A DNA stretch of 47,954 nucleotides, taken from NCBI GenBank assembly GCA_041494945.1, contig JBGQBP010000002.1, positions 1 to 47,954 on the forward strand, in the 5' to 3' direction. This DNA comes from Candidatus Binatia bacterium (lineage in GTDB: Bacteria; Desulfobacterota; Binatia; UBA9968). The notes under the pieces are model-generated. The model was not told the origin of the DNA. It ran no database searches and saw nothing but the letters and a program-made list of their open reading frames with translations. The translations under genes were made by a program, and so were the position numbers. Positions 26,408 through 35,730 of the stretch are shown in pieces (position 1 is the stretch's first letter; every line of letters starts with the position of its first letter).

Positions 26408-28726
26408 ATGTTACAAATGAGAGATAATCGCATCGAACCATCGCCGCGCCGTTTAGACTACCTGGCCAAGGTGACGGGAAGGGCGAGTTACCTGGCCGAT
26501 ATGAAAGTTCCCGGCGTCTGCCACGGGAAGATTCTCCGCAGCCCGTATCCGCACGCGCGCATCGTCCGCATCGATGCGTCCAAAGCGCTGAAAGTTCCCG
26601 GCGTCGTCGCGGTGCTCACCCGGGACGATATTCTCGATCATCAAGGCATCGACCCTTATTACGGTCCGGTCTTTAAAGACCAGACGATCGTAGCCGTCGA
26701 GAAAGTGCGCCACGTCGGCGATCCGGTCGCCGGAGTTGCGGCGCTCGACGTGGACGCGGCGGAAGAGGGGCTTGCCGGTATCGAAGTCGAGTACGAGGAG
26801 CTGCCGGCGATCCTCGACGTTCACGGTGCGCTCAAAAAAGGCGCGCCGCTGGTGCACGAGTCGATCAAGGTGCCGGAGTCCGGCTTCGCCGATCTCGCGG
26901 ATCTCCGGCCGGTCGAGGGAACGAACATCTGCACGCATTTCAAATTGCGCAAAGGCGACGTCGAAAAAGGCTTCGCCGAATCGGACCATATCTTCGAAGA
27001 CACGTTCACGCTGCCCGCCGCGCAGCACGCTTTCCTGGAGCCGCACGCGTGCATCGCTCTGGTCGAGCCCGGACAACGCATGACCGTCTGGTCCACGACG
27101 CAGAATCCCTTCGTCGTGCGGACCCAGCTCGCGAATATCTTCAAGCTGCCGGTTTCCAGGGTGCGGGTCATCGTTCCGTATCTCGGCGGCGGCTACGGCG
27201 GCAAAGTCTATCCCAAGATCGAGCCGCTGACCGTCGCGCTGGCGCTGAAAGCGGGGCGGCCGGTGAGAGTCGTCCTCACGCGCGAAGAAGTTTTTCACAC
27301 GATCACCAAGCATGCCGCGGTGATCAGGATGAAGACCGGCGTAAAAAAAGACGGTATGCTCGTTGCGCGCGAGTGCGAAGTGCTGCTCGATACCGGGGCG
27401 TATGCCGAAATCGGCCCGCGAGTCGCGAAGAAATCGGGCTACACGGCCGCGGGGCCTTATCGAATTCCCCACCTCAAGATCGATTCCATGTCGATCTACA
27501 CCAACAAGCCGCCCGCGGGCGCCTTTCGCGGCTTCGGCGTTTCGCAGTCCGCGTGGGCGCATGAGTCGCAGATGGACGTCATCGCGTCCGCGTTGAAGAT
27601 CGACCCGCTCGCGCTTCGCTTGAAGAACGGCTACGACGAAAACGATGCGTTCGTTACCGGCGAGCGGCTCACCAGCATCGGGTTCAAGCGCTGTTTGACG
27701 GAAGTAGCAAAGGCGATCGACTGGGAGAAAAAGGAAAAACAGCCTGCTTCATCAAAAATCAAAAGAGGGAAGGGGATTGCGTGTCTGATCAAAGCGACGA
27801 TCACGCCGTCGGTTTCATCCGCCGTTGTGAAGCTGAACGAGGACGGCAGCGCTTCGATTTACGCCGGGACGATTGAGATGGGCCAGGGGTCGGAGACCAC
27901 GCTGGCTGAAATCGCCGGGAGAGAGCTCGGTGTTCCGCTGGAAAAAATCCAGGTGCTCGGCGTGGACACGGACGTGGTTCCTTACGATCTCACGACTTCG
28001 TCGAGCCGCTCGACTTTTCACATGGGCAAGGCGGTGCAGTTCGCCGCACAAGACGTGAAAAATCAGCTCAGGCAGATCGTCGTCCAGAATTACGGCATCC
28101 CACCCGAGCAGATCGAATTTGCCGAAGGGAAGATTCGCCTGCCGGAGTCGGTCCTGGATTACAAAGACGTGATGTTCAAGCGCTTCGGCATGCAGGGAGG
28201 AACTCTCGTCGGGCAGGGACAGATCAAAACCAAAACGGTCGATGAGCGCGGCGAGAAAACCACGTCGGCCTTCTGGTTTGTCGGCGCGGGCGCGGCGGAA
28301 GTCGAGGTGGACTCAGAGACCGGCAAGTTGAAGCTTTTGCGCTACGTCACGGCCGTCGATGTCGGTAAAGCGATCAGCGTGCTCGGCTGCCGCCAGCAGT
28401 TGACCGGCGCGGCGATTACCGGCATGGGCCAGGCGTTGTTCGAGGAGCTGGTCTACGACAACGGGCAAATGATCAATCCGAATTTCATCGACTATATTCT
28501 TCCGTCTTTGGGCGACATGCCGCAAACGATCGAGCCGATCCTCGTCGAAGTGCCGCATAAAGAAGGCCCCTTCGGCGCCAAGGGCATCGGCGAGACCGCG
28601 CTGATCCCGGTTGCGCCCGCGATCGCCAACGCCGTCTTCGACGCCGTCGGCGTGCGCATCAAAGATCTGCCGATCAAAGCGGAGAAAATATTTCTCGCGC
28701 TCGAAGAGATGCGAGAGAAGCGATGA
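26408..28726 (+). CDS. Xanthine-oxidase-family molybdopterin-binding (large) subunit
   Basis: KVTGRASY, LRSPYPHA, GGGYGGK, AFRGFG, MGQG, SSRST, AKGIGE. It lacks the AYxCSFR loop of aerobic CO dehydrogenase. Confidence 0.95.
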   Translation: MLQMRDNRIEPSPRRLDYLAKVTGRASYLADMKVPGVCHGKILRSPYPHARIVRIDASKALKVPGVVAVLTRDDILDHQGIDPYYGPVFKDQTIVAVEKVRHVGDPVAGVAALDVDAAEEGLAGIEVEYEELPAILDVHGALKKGAPLVHESIKVPESGFADLADLRPVEGTNICTHFKLRKGDVEKGFAESDHIFEDTFTLPAAQHAFLEPHACIALVEPGQRMTVWSTTQNPFVVRTQLANIFKLPVSRVRVIVPYLGGGYGGKVYPKIEPLTVALALKAGRPVRVVLTREEVFHTITKHAAVIRMKTGVKKDGMLVARECEVLLDTGAYAEIGPRVAKKSGYTAAGPYRIPHLKIDSMSIYTNKPPAGAFRGFGVSQSAWAHESQMDVIASALKIDPLALRLKNGYDENDAFVTGERLTSIGFKRCLTEVAKAIDWEKKEKQPASSKIKRGKGIACLIKATITPSVSSAVVKLNEDGSASIYAGTIEMGQGSETTLAEIAGRELGVPLEKIQVLGVDTDVVPYDLTTSSSRSTFHMGKAVQFAAQDVKNQLRQIVVQNYGIPPEQIEFAEGKIRLPESVLDYKDVMFKRFGMQGGTLVGQGQIKTKTVDERGEKTTSAFWFVGAGAAEVEVDSETGKLKLLRYVTAVDVGKAISVLGCRQQLTGAAITGMGQALFEELVYDNGQMINPNFIDYILPSLGDMPQTIEPILVEVPHKEGPFGAKGIGETALIPVAPAIANAVFDAVGVRIKDLPIKAEKIFLALEEMREKR

Positions 28727-29157
28727 AGCGAAGCAGCGTCCTCACACTCTTATGGGTATCCATTCCTCTAATTCTCTTCGGCTGCGAGACGGAAGTCATC
28801 CGCAAGCAGCAGGAGGAGATCCGGCAGCAGGAGGCCGAGATCAAAAAGCTGCGGCAGGACATCGAAGAGGAGAATGACGCCAAGAAAATGGAAGAGCAGA
28901 GAGCCCAGGCTTGCAACGTCGCGTTCCGCAGCTTTGAAAAGGCCCAGGCGGGAAGAGATTCGCGCGACGCCGTCGCGCTCTACCGCGAGGGCCTCAAGCT
29001 CTGCCCCGACGACGACGCGGCGCATTATGAACTGGGGAAGATTTTAGCGGGCATGGGCCGGAGCGACGAGGCGCGAGCGGAATTCGCGGCGGCTTTGAAA
29101 ATCAATCCGACCTTCCAGGGCGCCAAGCAGGAGCTGGAGAAAATAAACCGGAGATAG
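28723..29157 (+). CDS. Lipoprotein with coiled coil and TPR repeats
   Basis: Lipobox LFGC, Q/E-rich coiled coil, AHYELGKIL...ALKINP. ATGA overlap with the large-subunit stop. Confidence 0.8.
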   Translation: MKRSSVLTLLWVSIPLILFGCETEVIRKQQEEIRQQEAEIKKLRQDIEEENDAKKMEEQRAQACNVAFRSFEKAQAGRDSRDAVALYREGLKLCPDDDAAHYELGKILAGMGRSDEARAEFAAALKINPTFQGAKQELEKINRR

Positions 29158-29178
29158 AAAAAGTTTTACCTTTCTGCC

Positions 29179-30489
29179 TTAACGCGCCGTAACGGCGGCG
29201 TCGCTGGTCTCCGCCGGATTGAGCGGGTCCGGAATAATTCCTCTCGCGATGAGAATGGGCAGCGCCGCTTCGCGCAAGCGCGGGAGATGCCGGGCGAACC
29301 ATAGCCCGGCGGCGGCGCAAAAAAGTCCGCCGACGGCGACGACCAGCGGAGCGCCGACGCGGTCGGCCAGCCATCCCGCCATCAGGCTGCCGAAGGGCGC
29401 CATTCCCACTAGCATCATCGAGAAGATGCTCATGACGCGGCCGCGCATTTCATCGGCGGCCAGCGCCTGCAAGACCGTGTTGCACGCGGCGATCAAAATC
29501 ATCCAGCAAAATCCGACGCCGAGCAGAATCACGAGCGACACCCAGAATACATTAGACGCGGAAAAAACGATCAGCCCGAGACCGAATCCTAGCGTCGTCG
29601 CCACGATGATCTTTCCCAGACCGCGCAACTCCGCGCGCCGGGCGAGAAAGAGGGCGCCGGAGAGCGCCCCGAGACCGACCGAGGCCATCATCAAGCCGAG
29701 CGTGTCCGCGCCGCCGTTGTGCACGTTCCGCGCGAAGACCGGCATCAGCGTCATGTAAGGCATGCCGAAGACTCCCATCACCGCGAGCAGCGCCATGAGC
29801 GCGCGGATCGGTCCCGAGCGCGCGATGTAGCGGACTCCCGCGGTGAGCGAGCGAACGAGCGAAAGATGTATTTGCGGTTGATCTCCGCGCCGGGGGAGTT
29901 TCATGGCGAGCAACGCCCACAACACGGCGAGGTAGCTCAACGCGTTGATCAAAAAGCAATATCCCTCGCCTAAAGTCGCCACCAAGAGGCCGGCCAATCC
30001 CGGTCCCACGATCCGCGCCGCGTTGATCATGGAGGAGTTGAGCGCGATCGCGTTCGGCAAATCTTCCGGAACTACCAGTTGATTGACCAACGATTGCCGC
30101 GCCGGCATATCGAACGCGTTGACGATGCCGAGGACCGCGCCCAGGAGAATCAGATGCGGCACTTCGATCGCGCCCGTCAAAGCCAGGGCCGCCAGCAGCA
30201 AAGCCTGGAACAAAGCTAAGGACTGAGTCAGCAACAGGATGCGGTGGCAGGAATAACGGTCGCTGACAACTCCGCCGATCGGGCTCAACGCGAAAATTGG
30301 AATCTGCGAGGCGAATCCGACGGCGCCGAGCAGCGTGGCCGAGCCGGTGAGGCGATAGACCAGCCAGCTCTGCGCGATCTGCTGCATCCAGGTGCCGCAT
30401 ACGGAGACGAGCTGGCCGGTGAGGTACAGCCGGTAATTGCGATGGCGCAGCGAGCGCCCCAGCGTGGCGGCGAAGGATAACTTTGGCAT
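29179..30489 (-). CDS. MFS transporter (EntS/DUF894-like)
   Basis: RNYRLY..GQ.VS..GTWMQ, GVVSDR, DMPARQS, RGRVMS; 12 TM segments. Confidence 0.92.
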   Translation of the reverse strand: MPKLSFAATLGRSLRHRNYRLYLTGQLVSVCGTWMQQIAQSWLVYRLTGSATLLGAVGFASQIPIFALSPIGGVVSDRYSCHRILLLTQSLALFQALLLAALALTGAIEVPHLILLGAVLGIVNAFDMPARQSLVNQLVVPEDLPNAIALNSSMINAARIVGPGLAGLLVATLGEGYCFLINALSYLAVLWALLAMKLPRRGDQPQIHLSLVRSLTAGVRYIARSGPIRALMALLAVMGVFGMPYMTLMPVFARNVHNGGADTLGLMMASVGLGALSGALFLARRAELRGLGKIIVATTLGFGLGLIVFSASNVFWVSLVILLGVGFCWMILIAACNTVLQALAADEMRGRVMSIFSMMLVGMAPFGSLMAGWLADRVGAPLVVAVGGLFCAAAGLWFARHLPRLREAALPILIARGIIPDPLNPAETSDAAVTAR

Positions 30490-30512
30490 ACAGTAAATTA
30501 AAACGTGCGGAG

Positions 30513-33500
30513 TTACCGGCGGGTATTCGATCTGCCGTTGGCGCGAACCAGATGGTAAAAATGGACCGCTCTATCTCTCAACGTCCCGGTCCAAGATCTG
30601 GCGCTGTGCTTGAGCCGGGCGACAACGCCGGATTTCCCCAGATCGTCGAACAGAGAATAGGCCACCGGCGTAATCAAAAGCGTGATCAAAAGCGAGAGCG
30701 CTTGGCCGCCGATGATGACTTTGGCCATCGAGGCGCGCGAGGCGGCGCCGGGGCCTCGTCCAAGCGCCATCGGCAGCATGCCGAAGACGAGCATCAACGT
30801 CGTCATCAAGATCGGGCGCAGCCGCGCGTGGTTGGCCTCGACGATCGCGCGCTCGCGCTCCATGCCCTGGGCGCGCAGCGTGTTGGTGTAGTCGATTTGC
30901 AGGATGCCGTTCTTTTTCACGATGCCGAAAAGCATGAACATGCCGAACATCGCGTAAATGTCCATCGGCTGTCGCAGCAATATGAGAGAGAGCAGGGCGA
31001 ACGGAATCGTAAGCGGCAGCGCCAGCATGATCGTGATCGGGTGGAGAAAGCTTTCGAACTGCGCGGCGAGCACCATGTACATGAAGATGAAGCTCAGCCC
31101 GAAGGCGTAGGCGAAGTTGGCGCCGGTCTCGGCCAGCACCTTGGCCCTGCCCGTGAAATCCGCCGTGTAATTGGAAGGAAGATCGAGCGCGTTGACGAAC
31201 CCCTGGATCTTCTCGACCGCCTCACCGAGCGGGAGCGTGGGCGAAAGATTGGCGACGATCGTTACCTTGCGCTGCCGGTTGTAGCGGTCGATCTCCGATG
31301 GGCCCAAGTCCTCGCGCAGTTCCACCAGGTTGGCGATCCTGACGAGCTGTCCATCTTTGCCGGGGACGGTGAGATTCATGATCGCTTGAGAATCGTCCCG
31401 GTTTTTCTTCGCGGCCCTGAGCCAGACGTCGTATTCCTCGGCCTCCTCTTTGTATTTGGAGATAGGCTCTCCGCCGACAAATGTCTGAAGCGTGTCGGCG
31501 ATGTCCGCGATCTGAATGCCGAACTCCGACGCTTTCTTGCGGTCGACGACCGTCCGCAGCTCGGGCGTGCGCACCGATAAGGTTGTGTCGGTGTCCACGA
31601 GTCCGGGCACTTCTCTCATCTGCGCCACGAGCTTATCGCTGTACTCCTGGAGCCGCTCCAGGCTCGGGCCGCGCAGATTGAACTCGAGGTCGGTCTGCCG
31701 GACTCCGCCGCCGCTGAAGGAGTTGACGCCCTGGATGCTGACCCTCAAGTCCGGATATTCCTGGAAAAGCTTGCGGGCGTCCGCCATCACGTCGAACTGG
31801 GTGTAGTTTCTCCCGGAAAGATCCACCAGCCGAACGTAAATATCGCCGGTCGTCACGTCTCCCTGTCCGGCTTTTATGTTTCCCGTCGTGTCGCCGATCG
31901 TCGTTAGAATATTCGTTACCCCGCGCAGCTTGCGAATGCGTCCCTCCAGCTCGCGCAGCAGTCGGTCGGTTTCGTCCAGCGTGTAGCCGCCCGGGGTCTG
32001 AAGGACGACTTCAAACTCGCTCTGGTCGTCGTTCGGAATAAAATTTTTGCCGATGACGGAAAAGAGCGGGACGGTCGTGAGCACCGTGACGACAGCGGCG
32101 GCGACGACGATCCAGCGGTGCCCGAGCGACCAGCCGAGAATCCAGCCGTAAGATTTGTCGATACGGGAATAGAAACGGCTTTGCCTGGAGGATTTGCCGC
32201 CGTGCTTGACCTTCAGAAAGCGCGAGCTGAGCATGGGCGTCAGCGTGAACGACACCAGCAGAGAGACCGCGACGGAAAACGCCACCGTCGTGCCGAAGCT
32301 GGAAAAAAAACGGCCCACCCGGCCGGCCATGAAAGCCAGCGGAACGAAAATCACGATGAGCGAAAGCGTCGTGGCCATGACGGCCAGCGCGATCTCGCGC
32401 GTCGCTTTGGACGCCGCGCTCCTGGGCGATTCGTCTTTTTCCTCGATGTGGCGGAAGATATTTTCCAGCACGACGACGGCGTCGTCGATGACGATGCCGA
32501 CCGCCAGGATCAACCCCAGCATCGTGATATTGTTCAGCGTGAAGCCCATGACGCGCATCAGCGTGAAGGTCGAAATGATCGATGCCGGGATGGCGACGGA
32601 GGCGATCAGCGTGCTGCGCCAATCGTGCATGAAGAGAAAAACCGTGAGCGCGACCAAAAGCGCTCCCAGGATCAGATGGAGCTTGACCTCTTCATAGGAG
32701 GCCTTGATGAAGCGCGATTGATCGACGATCACTTCGCTGCGGATGTCCAGAGGCAGCGACGAGCGGAGTTGCTGCAGGCGCGCTTTTACCCGGTCCACGA
32801 CCTCGACGGTGTTGGTTCCGGACTGTTTTTTGACGATCAATTGCACGGCGTTCTCGCCCTCGAGGCGCGACCGGCTGCGCGGCTCCACCACGCCGTTTTC
32901 AGCGGCGCCGACGTCGCGGATCATGATCGGGCGTCCCTGAAAATTGCCGATGATGAGATTGTTGAAGTCTTCGGCGCTCGCAATCCGCCCCATCGTGCGC
33001 AGGATGAGCTCGCGCCGGCCTTCGTCGATCCGGCCGCCGGGGATCTCGATGTTCTGGGCTTGAATGGCGCGCTTGACCTGGGCGATGGAAAGATTATACG
33101 CGGCGAGCCGGTCGGGATCGACGTCGATGTTGATCGTACGCTCCTGCTGCCCCACCATGACGATCTGTCCCACGCCGCGCAGCGTCTCGATGTCTTCTTT
33201 GATCTGCTTTCTGGCGATTTCGCTGACCTCGCGCAGATTTCTTTTTCCCGAGACCGCGATCTTCATCACCGGCATCGCGTCGACCTGAAATTTTTGAATC
33301 ACCGAAGGGTCCGTGCCGACCGGGAGCTGGGACAAAATCGTGGAAACTTTGTCGCGCACTTCTTGGGCCGCCACGTCGCCGTTTTTCTCCAAAATGAACT
33401 GGATCGTGATGATCGAGATGCCCTCTTTGATGACGGCGCGCAACTCATCGATACCGTCGATCGTGTTGATCGCGTCTTCGATCGGCTTGGTGACGGAGGT

Positions 33501-33680
33501 TTCCATCTCCTCGACGCCGGCGCCTTTGAGCGTGGTCGTGACCGTAACCGTCGGGATATCGATGTTGGGATAGAGATCGACGCCCAGCCCGCGGTAAGAG
33601 AAGAGTCCCAGGACCACCAGCGCCATGATCAGCATGGTGGCGAAAACAGGACGTCGAATGCAGAGATCGGCGAGATTCAC
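30513..33680 (-). CDS. RND efflux transporter permease (HAE1/AcrB family)
   Basis: IRRPVFA, IDDAVVVLENI, SFTLTPML, VKKNGIL, RLRPILMTT. Confidence 0.96.
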   Translation of the reverse strand: MNLADLCIRRPVFATMLIMALVVLGLFSYRGLGVDLYPNIDIPTVTVTTTLKGAGVEEMETSVTKPIEDAINTIDGIDELRAVIKEGISIITIQFILEKNGDVAAQEVRDKVSTILSQLPVGTDPSVIQKFQVDAMPVMKIAVSGKRNLREVSEIARKQIKEDIETLRGVGQIVMVGQQERTINIDVDPDRLAAYNLSIAQVKRAIQAQNIEIPGGRIDEGRRELILRTMGRIASAEDFNNLIIGNFQGRPIMIRDVGAAENGVVEPRSRSRLEGENAVQLIVKKQSGTNTVEVVDRVKARLQQLRSSLPLDIRSEVIVDQSRFIKASYEEVKLHLILGALLVALTVFLFMHDWRSTLIASVAIPASIISTFTLMRVMGFTLNNITMLGLILAVGIVIDDAVVVLENIFRHIEEKDESPRSAASKATREIALAVMATTLSLIVIFVPLAFMAGRVGRFFSSFGTTVAFSVAVSLLVSFTLTPMLSSRFLKVKHGGKSSRQSRFYSRIDKSYGWILGWSLGHRWIVVAAAVVTVLTTVPLFSVIGKNFIPNDDQSEFEVVLQTPGGYTLDETDRLLRELEGRIRKLRGVTNILTTIGDTTGNIKAGQGDVTTGDIYVRLVDLSGRNYTQFDVMADARKLFQEYPDLRVSIQGVNSFSGGGVRQTDLEFNLRGPSLERLQEYSDKLVAQMREVPGLVDTDTTLSVRTPELRTVVDRKKASEFGIQIADIADTLQTFVGGEPISKYKEEAEEYDVWLRAAKKNRDDSQAIMNLTVPGKDGQLVRIANLVELREDLGPSEIDRYNRQRKVTIVANLSPTLPLGEAVEKIQGFVNALDLPSNYTADFTGRAKVLAETGANFAYAFGLSFIFMYMVLAAQFESFLHPITIMLALPLTIPFALLSLILLRQPMDIYAMFGMFMLFGIVKKNGILQIDYTNTLRAQGMERERAIVEANHARLRPILMTTLMLVFGMLPMALGRGPGAASRASMAKVIIGGQALSLLITLLITPVAYSLFDDLGKSGVVARLKHSARSWTGTLRDRAVHFYHLVRANGRSNTRR

Positions 33681-34951
33681 GGTTGTTGCGTCTCTTCCTG
33701 GCGCGGCATCACCGGCCCGGAGACCTTGACCGCCGCTCCGTTGGTCAGCCGGGTCAGCCCCGATATGACGACCAGCTCGCCCGGTTTGAGGCCGGTGACC
33801 TCGACTTCGTTCGCGCCCACTCGCACTCCGGTTTGGATGATGCGCTCGCGGGCGACGTTGTTTTCCGCCCCTCGATTGCCCTCGGGGTCGGGAGGCTCTC
33901 GAACGACGACGAACACTTTGCTGACGCCGGCAAAAGAAACGATCGCCTGCTGCGGGACGGTCAGGGCGTTGGGATCGACGCGCGTCGCGACGATCGCATG
34001 GGCGAAGAATCCGGGCTTCAAACGCCGGTCCGGATTTTCCACCATGCCTTCGACCAGAAACGAGCGGCTGGTGACCTCGGACGATGGGCTGATGCGGGTG
34101 AGCCTCCCCTTGAACGTCGCATCGGGAAAAGAATCCACGCGGATATCCACCGCCTGGTCCGTGTGGATCTCGGGCGCGAAGCGCTCCGGAATCATGCCGC
34201 GGAGCTTCAGCGGATTGTCCTGGACGATGGTAAATAAGGGAGCGGCGACTTTGACGTATTCGCCCGCCGAAACGGAGCGCTTGCTGATCGAGCCCGCGAG
34301 CGGCGCGGTAATCGCGGTGTCGCGCAATTTCTTCCGCGCCGTTTCCAGTTGAGCTTCTTTGGCGGCGGCGGCGGCGAGCGACGCCCGGGCTTTTTCCGTG
34401 CTACTCTTATAGTTCGCGCCCGCCATCTTGGCGCGCATCTGCGCGGTGTCATAATCCTGCGCCGCGATGAGCTGCCGCTCGTAGAGAGTCTTGATGCGCG
34501 CGAGGCCGCGCTCGGCGTCGTCCGTATCGGCCTTGGCTCTCTGCACCAGCGAGGTCTGTGTGACATCGAAATCCTTCGGCGGCGTTTTTTCCAATCCCAG
34601 CCTGGCCAGGTTTTCTTTCAAGTTGCTTTCGGTCAGTTGTATGGCGAAGCGGAACTCCGCGTCGTCGATCTTCGCCAGCGTCTGGCCGCGGGCGACGCGG
34701 TCGCCGAGATCGGCGGCGAGCGAGGCGATCCTGCCGTCCACTTCGCTGGAGACGGTCACTTCTTCGTTGGCGTAAAGCGTGCCGACGAATTCCAGGGTCC
34801 GGGCGACTTTCTGCGTGCGCACCGGCGTCACCGTCACGGGCACGGGCGCCTCGGCTTTCTGCGCTTTGGTTTCCTTCGACGCGGAACTGCGATCGCAGCC
34901 ACAGAGCGGGAGCGCTGCGAGGAATAGTGCGGTGACCAGGGATCGTCTCAT
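33677..34951 (-). CDS. RND efflux periplasmic adaptor (MFP)
   Basis: Lipoprotein-like signal (LCGC), lipoyl halves (EVDGRI, ITAPLAG), alpha-hairpin, LKPGFFA. Confidence 0.93.
   Translation of the reverse strand: MRRSLVTALFLAALPLCGCDRSSASKETKAQKAEAPVPVTVTPVRTQKVARTLEFVGTLYANEEVTVSSEVDGRIASLAADLGDRVARGQTLAKIDDAEFRFAIQLTESNLKENLARLGLEKTPPKDFDVTQTSLVQRAKADTDDAERGLARIKTLYERQLIAAQDYDTAQMRAKMAGANYKSSTEKARASLAAAAAKEAQLETARKKLRDTAITAPLAGSISKRSVSAGEYVKVAAPLFTIVQDNPLKLRGMIPERFAPEIHTDQAVDIRVDSFPDATFKGRLTRISPSSEVTSRSFLVEGMVENPDRRLKPGFFAHAIVATRVDPNALTVPQQAIVSFAGVSKVFVVVREPPDPEGNRGAENNVARERIIQTGVRVGANEVEVTGLKPGELVVISGLTRLTNGAAVKVSGPVMPRQEETQQP
33866..33904 (-). repeat. 39-bp palindromic element inserted in frame in the MFP gene
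   Basis: The minus strand GTTCGAGAGCCTCCCGACCCCGAGGGCAATCGAGGGGCG encodes VREPPDPEGNRGA and forms a TCGA-N3-CCTC...GAGG-N4-TCGA hairpin. Confidence 0.6.
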
Positions 34952-35601
34952 CGGCTCGCTCCGGATTGCCGGGCGCTTTTCCTGAGGAGGAAGCGGAGGA
35001 AGCCGACCAGGTCTTCCGAGTCGCGTTCCAGCGAGTGCGCGCTTCGGCCCATCATCCTCCGTACCGCCGTGCTGATGGTCATCTCGTTGATATAAAAGGC
35101 GGCCTGGCCCGCATCCATGGCGCGAAAGATCCGTTGCTTGATTCCTTCGTCGAGCAGATTTTTGATCCGTCCCTCGTGCCGTTCGCGGTATTTCAACAGG
35201 CGGCGCGCCTGGCTCCCGCGGGGACTGTCGCGCAGGAGGCGGCGGTCGAGGAGCAGCACGCGCAGGAGATCTTTCTGCGCTTCCATGATCTCCAACTGCC
35301 CGCGAATGGTCTGGCAGAGCCTCTCCCAGGGCGTGGCCTCGTCATCGACGCGGGTCTCGATCTGCCGAATCATCTCCGAGGCCACCTCCTCGACGGCGGC
35401 TACGATCAGGTGGTCCTTGCTGCGAAAGTAGAGGTAGATCGCCCCTTTGGTTATGCCCGCCTCCGCGCTGACCCGCTCCATCGTGACCGCGTCGAACCCC
35501 TCGGCGGCAATCACCTTCCGGGCCGCCTCCAGGAGCGAGCGGGTGCGGAAGCTCTGCAGGACCTCTTTACGGCTTGCGTTCGACGGGATAGAGTGAATCA
35601 T
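34948..35601 (-). CDS. TetR/AcrR family transcriptional regulator
   Basis: LLEAARKVIAAEGFDAVTMERVSAEAGITKGAIYLYFRSKDHL HTH. Confidence 0.95.
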   Translation of the reverse strand: MIHSIPSNASRKEVLQSFRTRSLLEAARKVIAAEGFDAVTMERVSAEAGITKGAIYLYFRSKDHLIVAAVEEVASEMIRQIETRVDDEATPWERLCQTIRGQLEIMEAQKDLLRVLLLDRRLLRDSPRGSQARRLLKYRERHEGRIKNLLDEGIKQRIFRAMDAGQAAFYINEMTISTAVRRMMGRSAHSLERDSEDLVGFLRFLLRKSARQSGASR

Positions 35602-35609
35602 GATTTAGT

Positions 35610-35656
35610 ATGCTGAATACCCGTTCAGTATTCACACGGGTTAACGGAAATGTCAA
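35610..35656 (-). promoter_or_regulatory. Candidate TetR operator overlapping the tetR promoter
   Basis: Palindromes ATGCTGAA-N6-TTCAGTAT (35610-35631) and TGAATAC-N7-GTATTCA (35614-35634). Minus-strand TTGACA at 35656-35651 places the -10 on the palindrome. Confidence 0.6.
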
Positions 35657-35730
35657 ATAAAAGCGTCTTTGCTTTGCGGTGAAAACGATATATAAAAGGC
35701 GACGGTCTGCGCTATCGCGAGGAGGTTTTT

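Noticed and set aside
24858-28726. Aerobic CO dehydrogenase (coxMSL)
   Set aside because: The gene order fits, but the active-site loop is AFRGFG, not AYxCSFR (form I) or AYxGAGR (form II), and no cox accessory genes are present.
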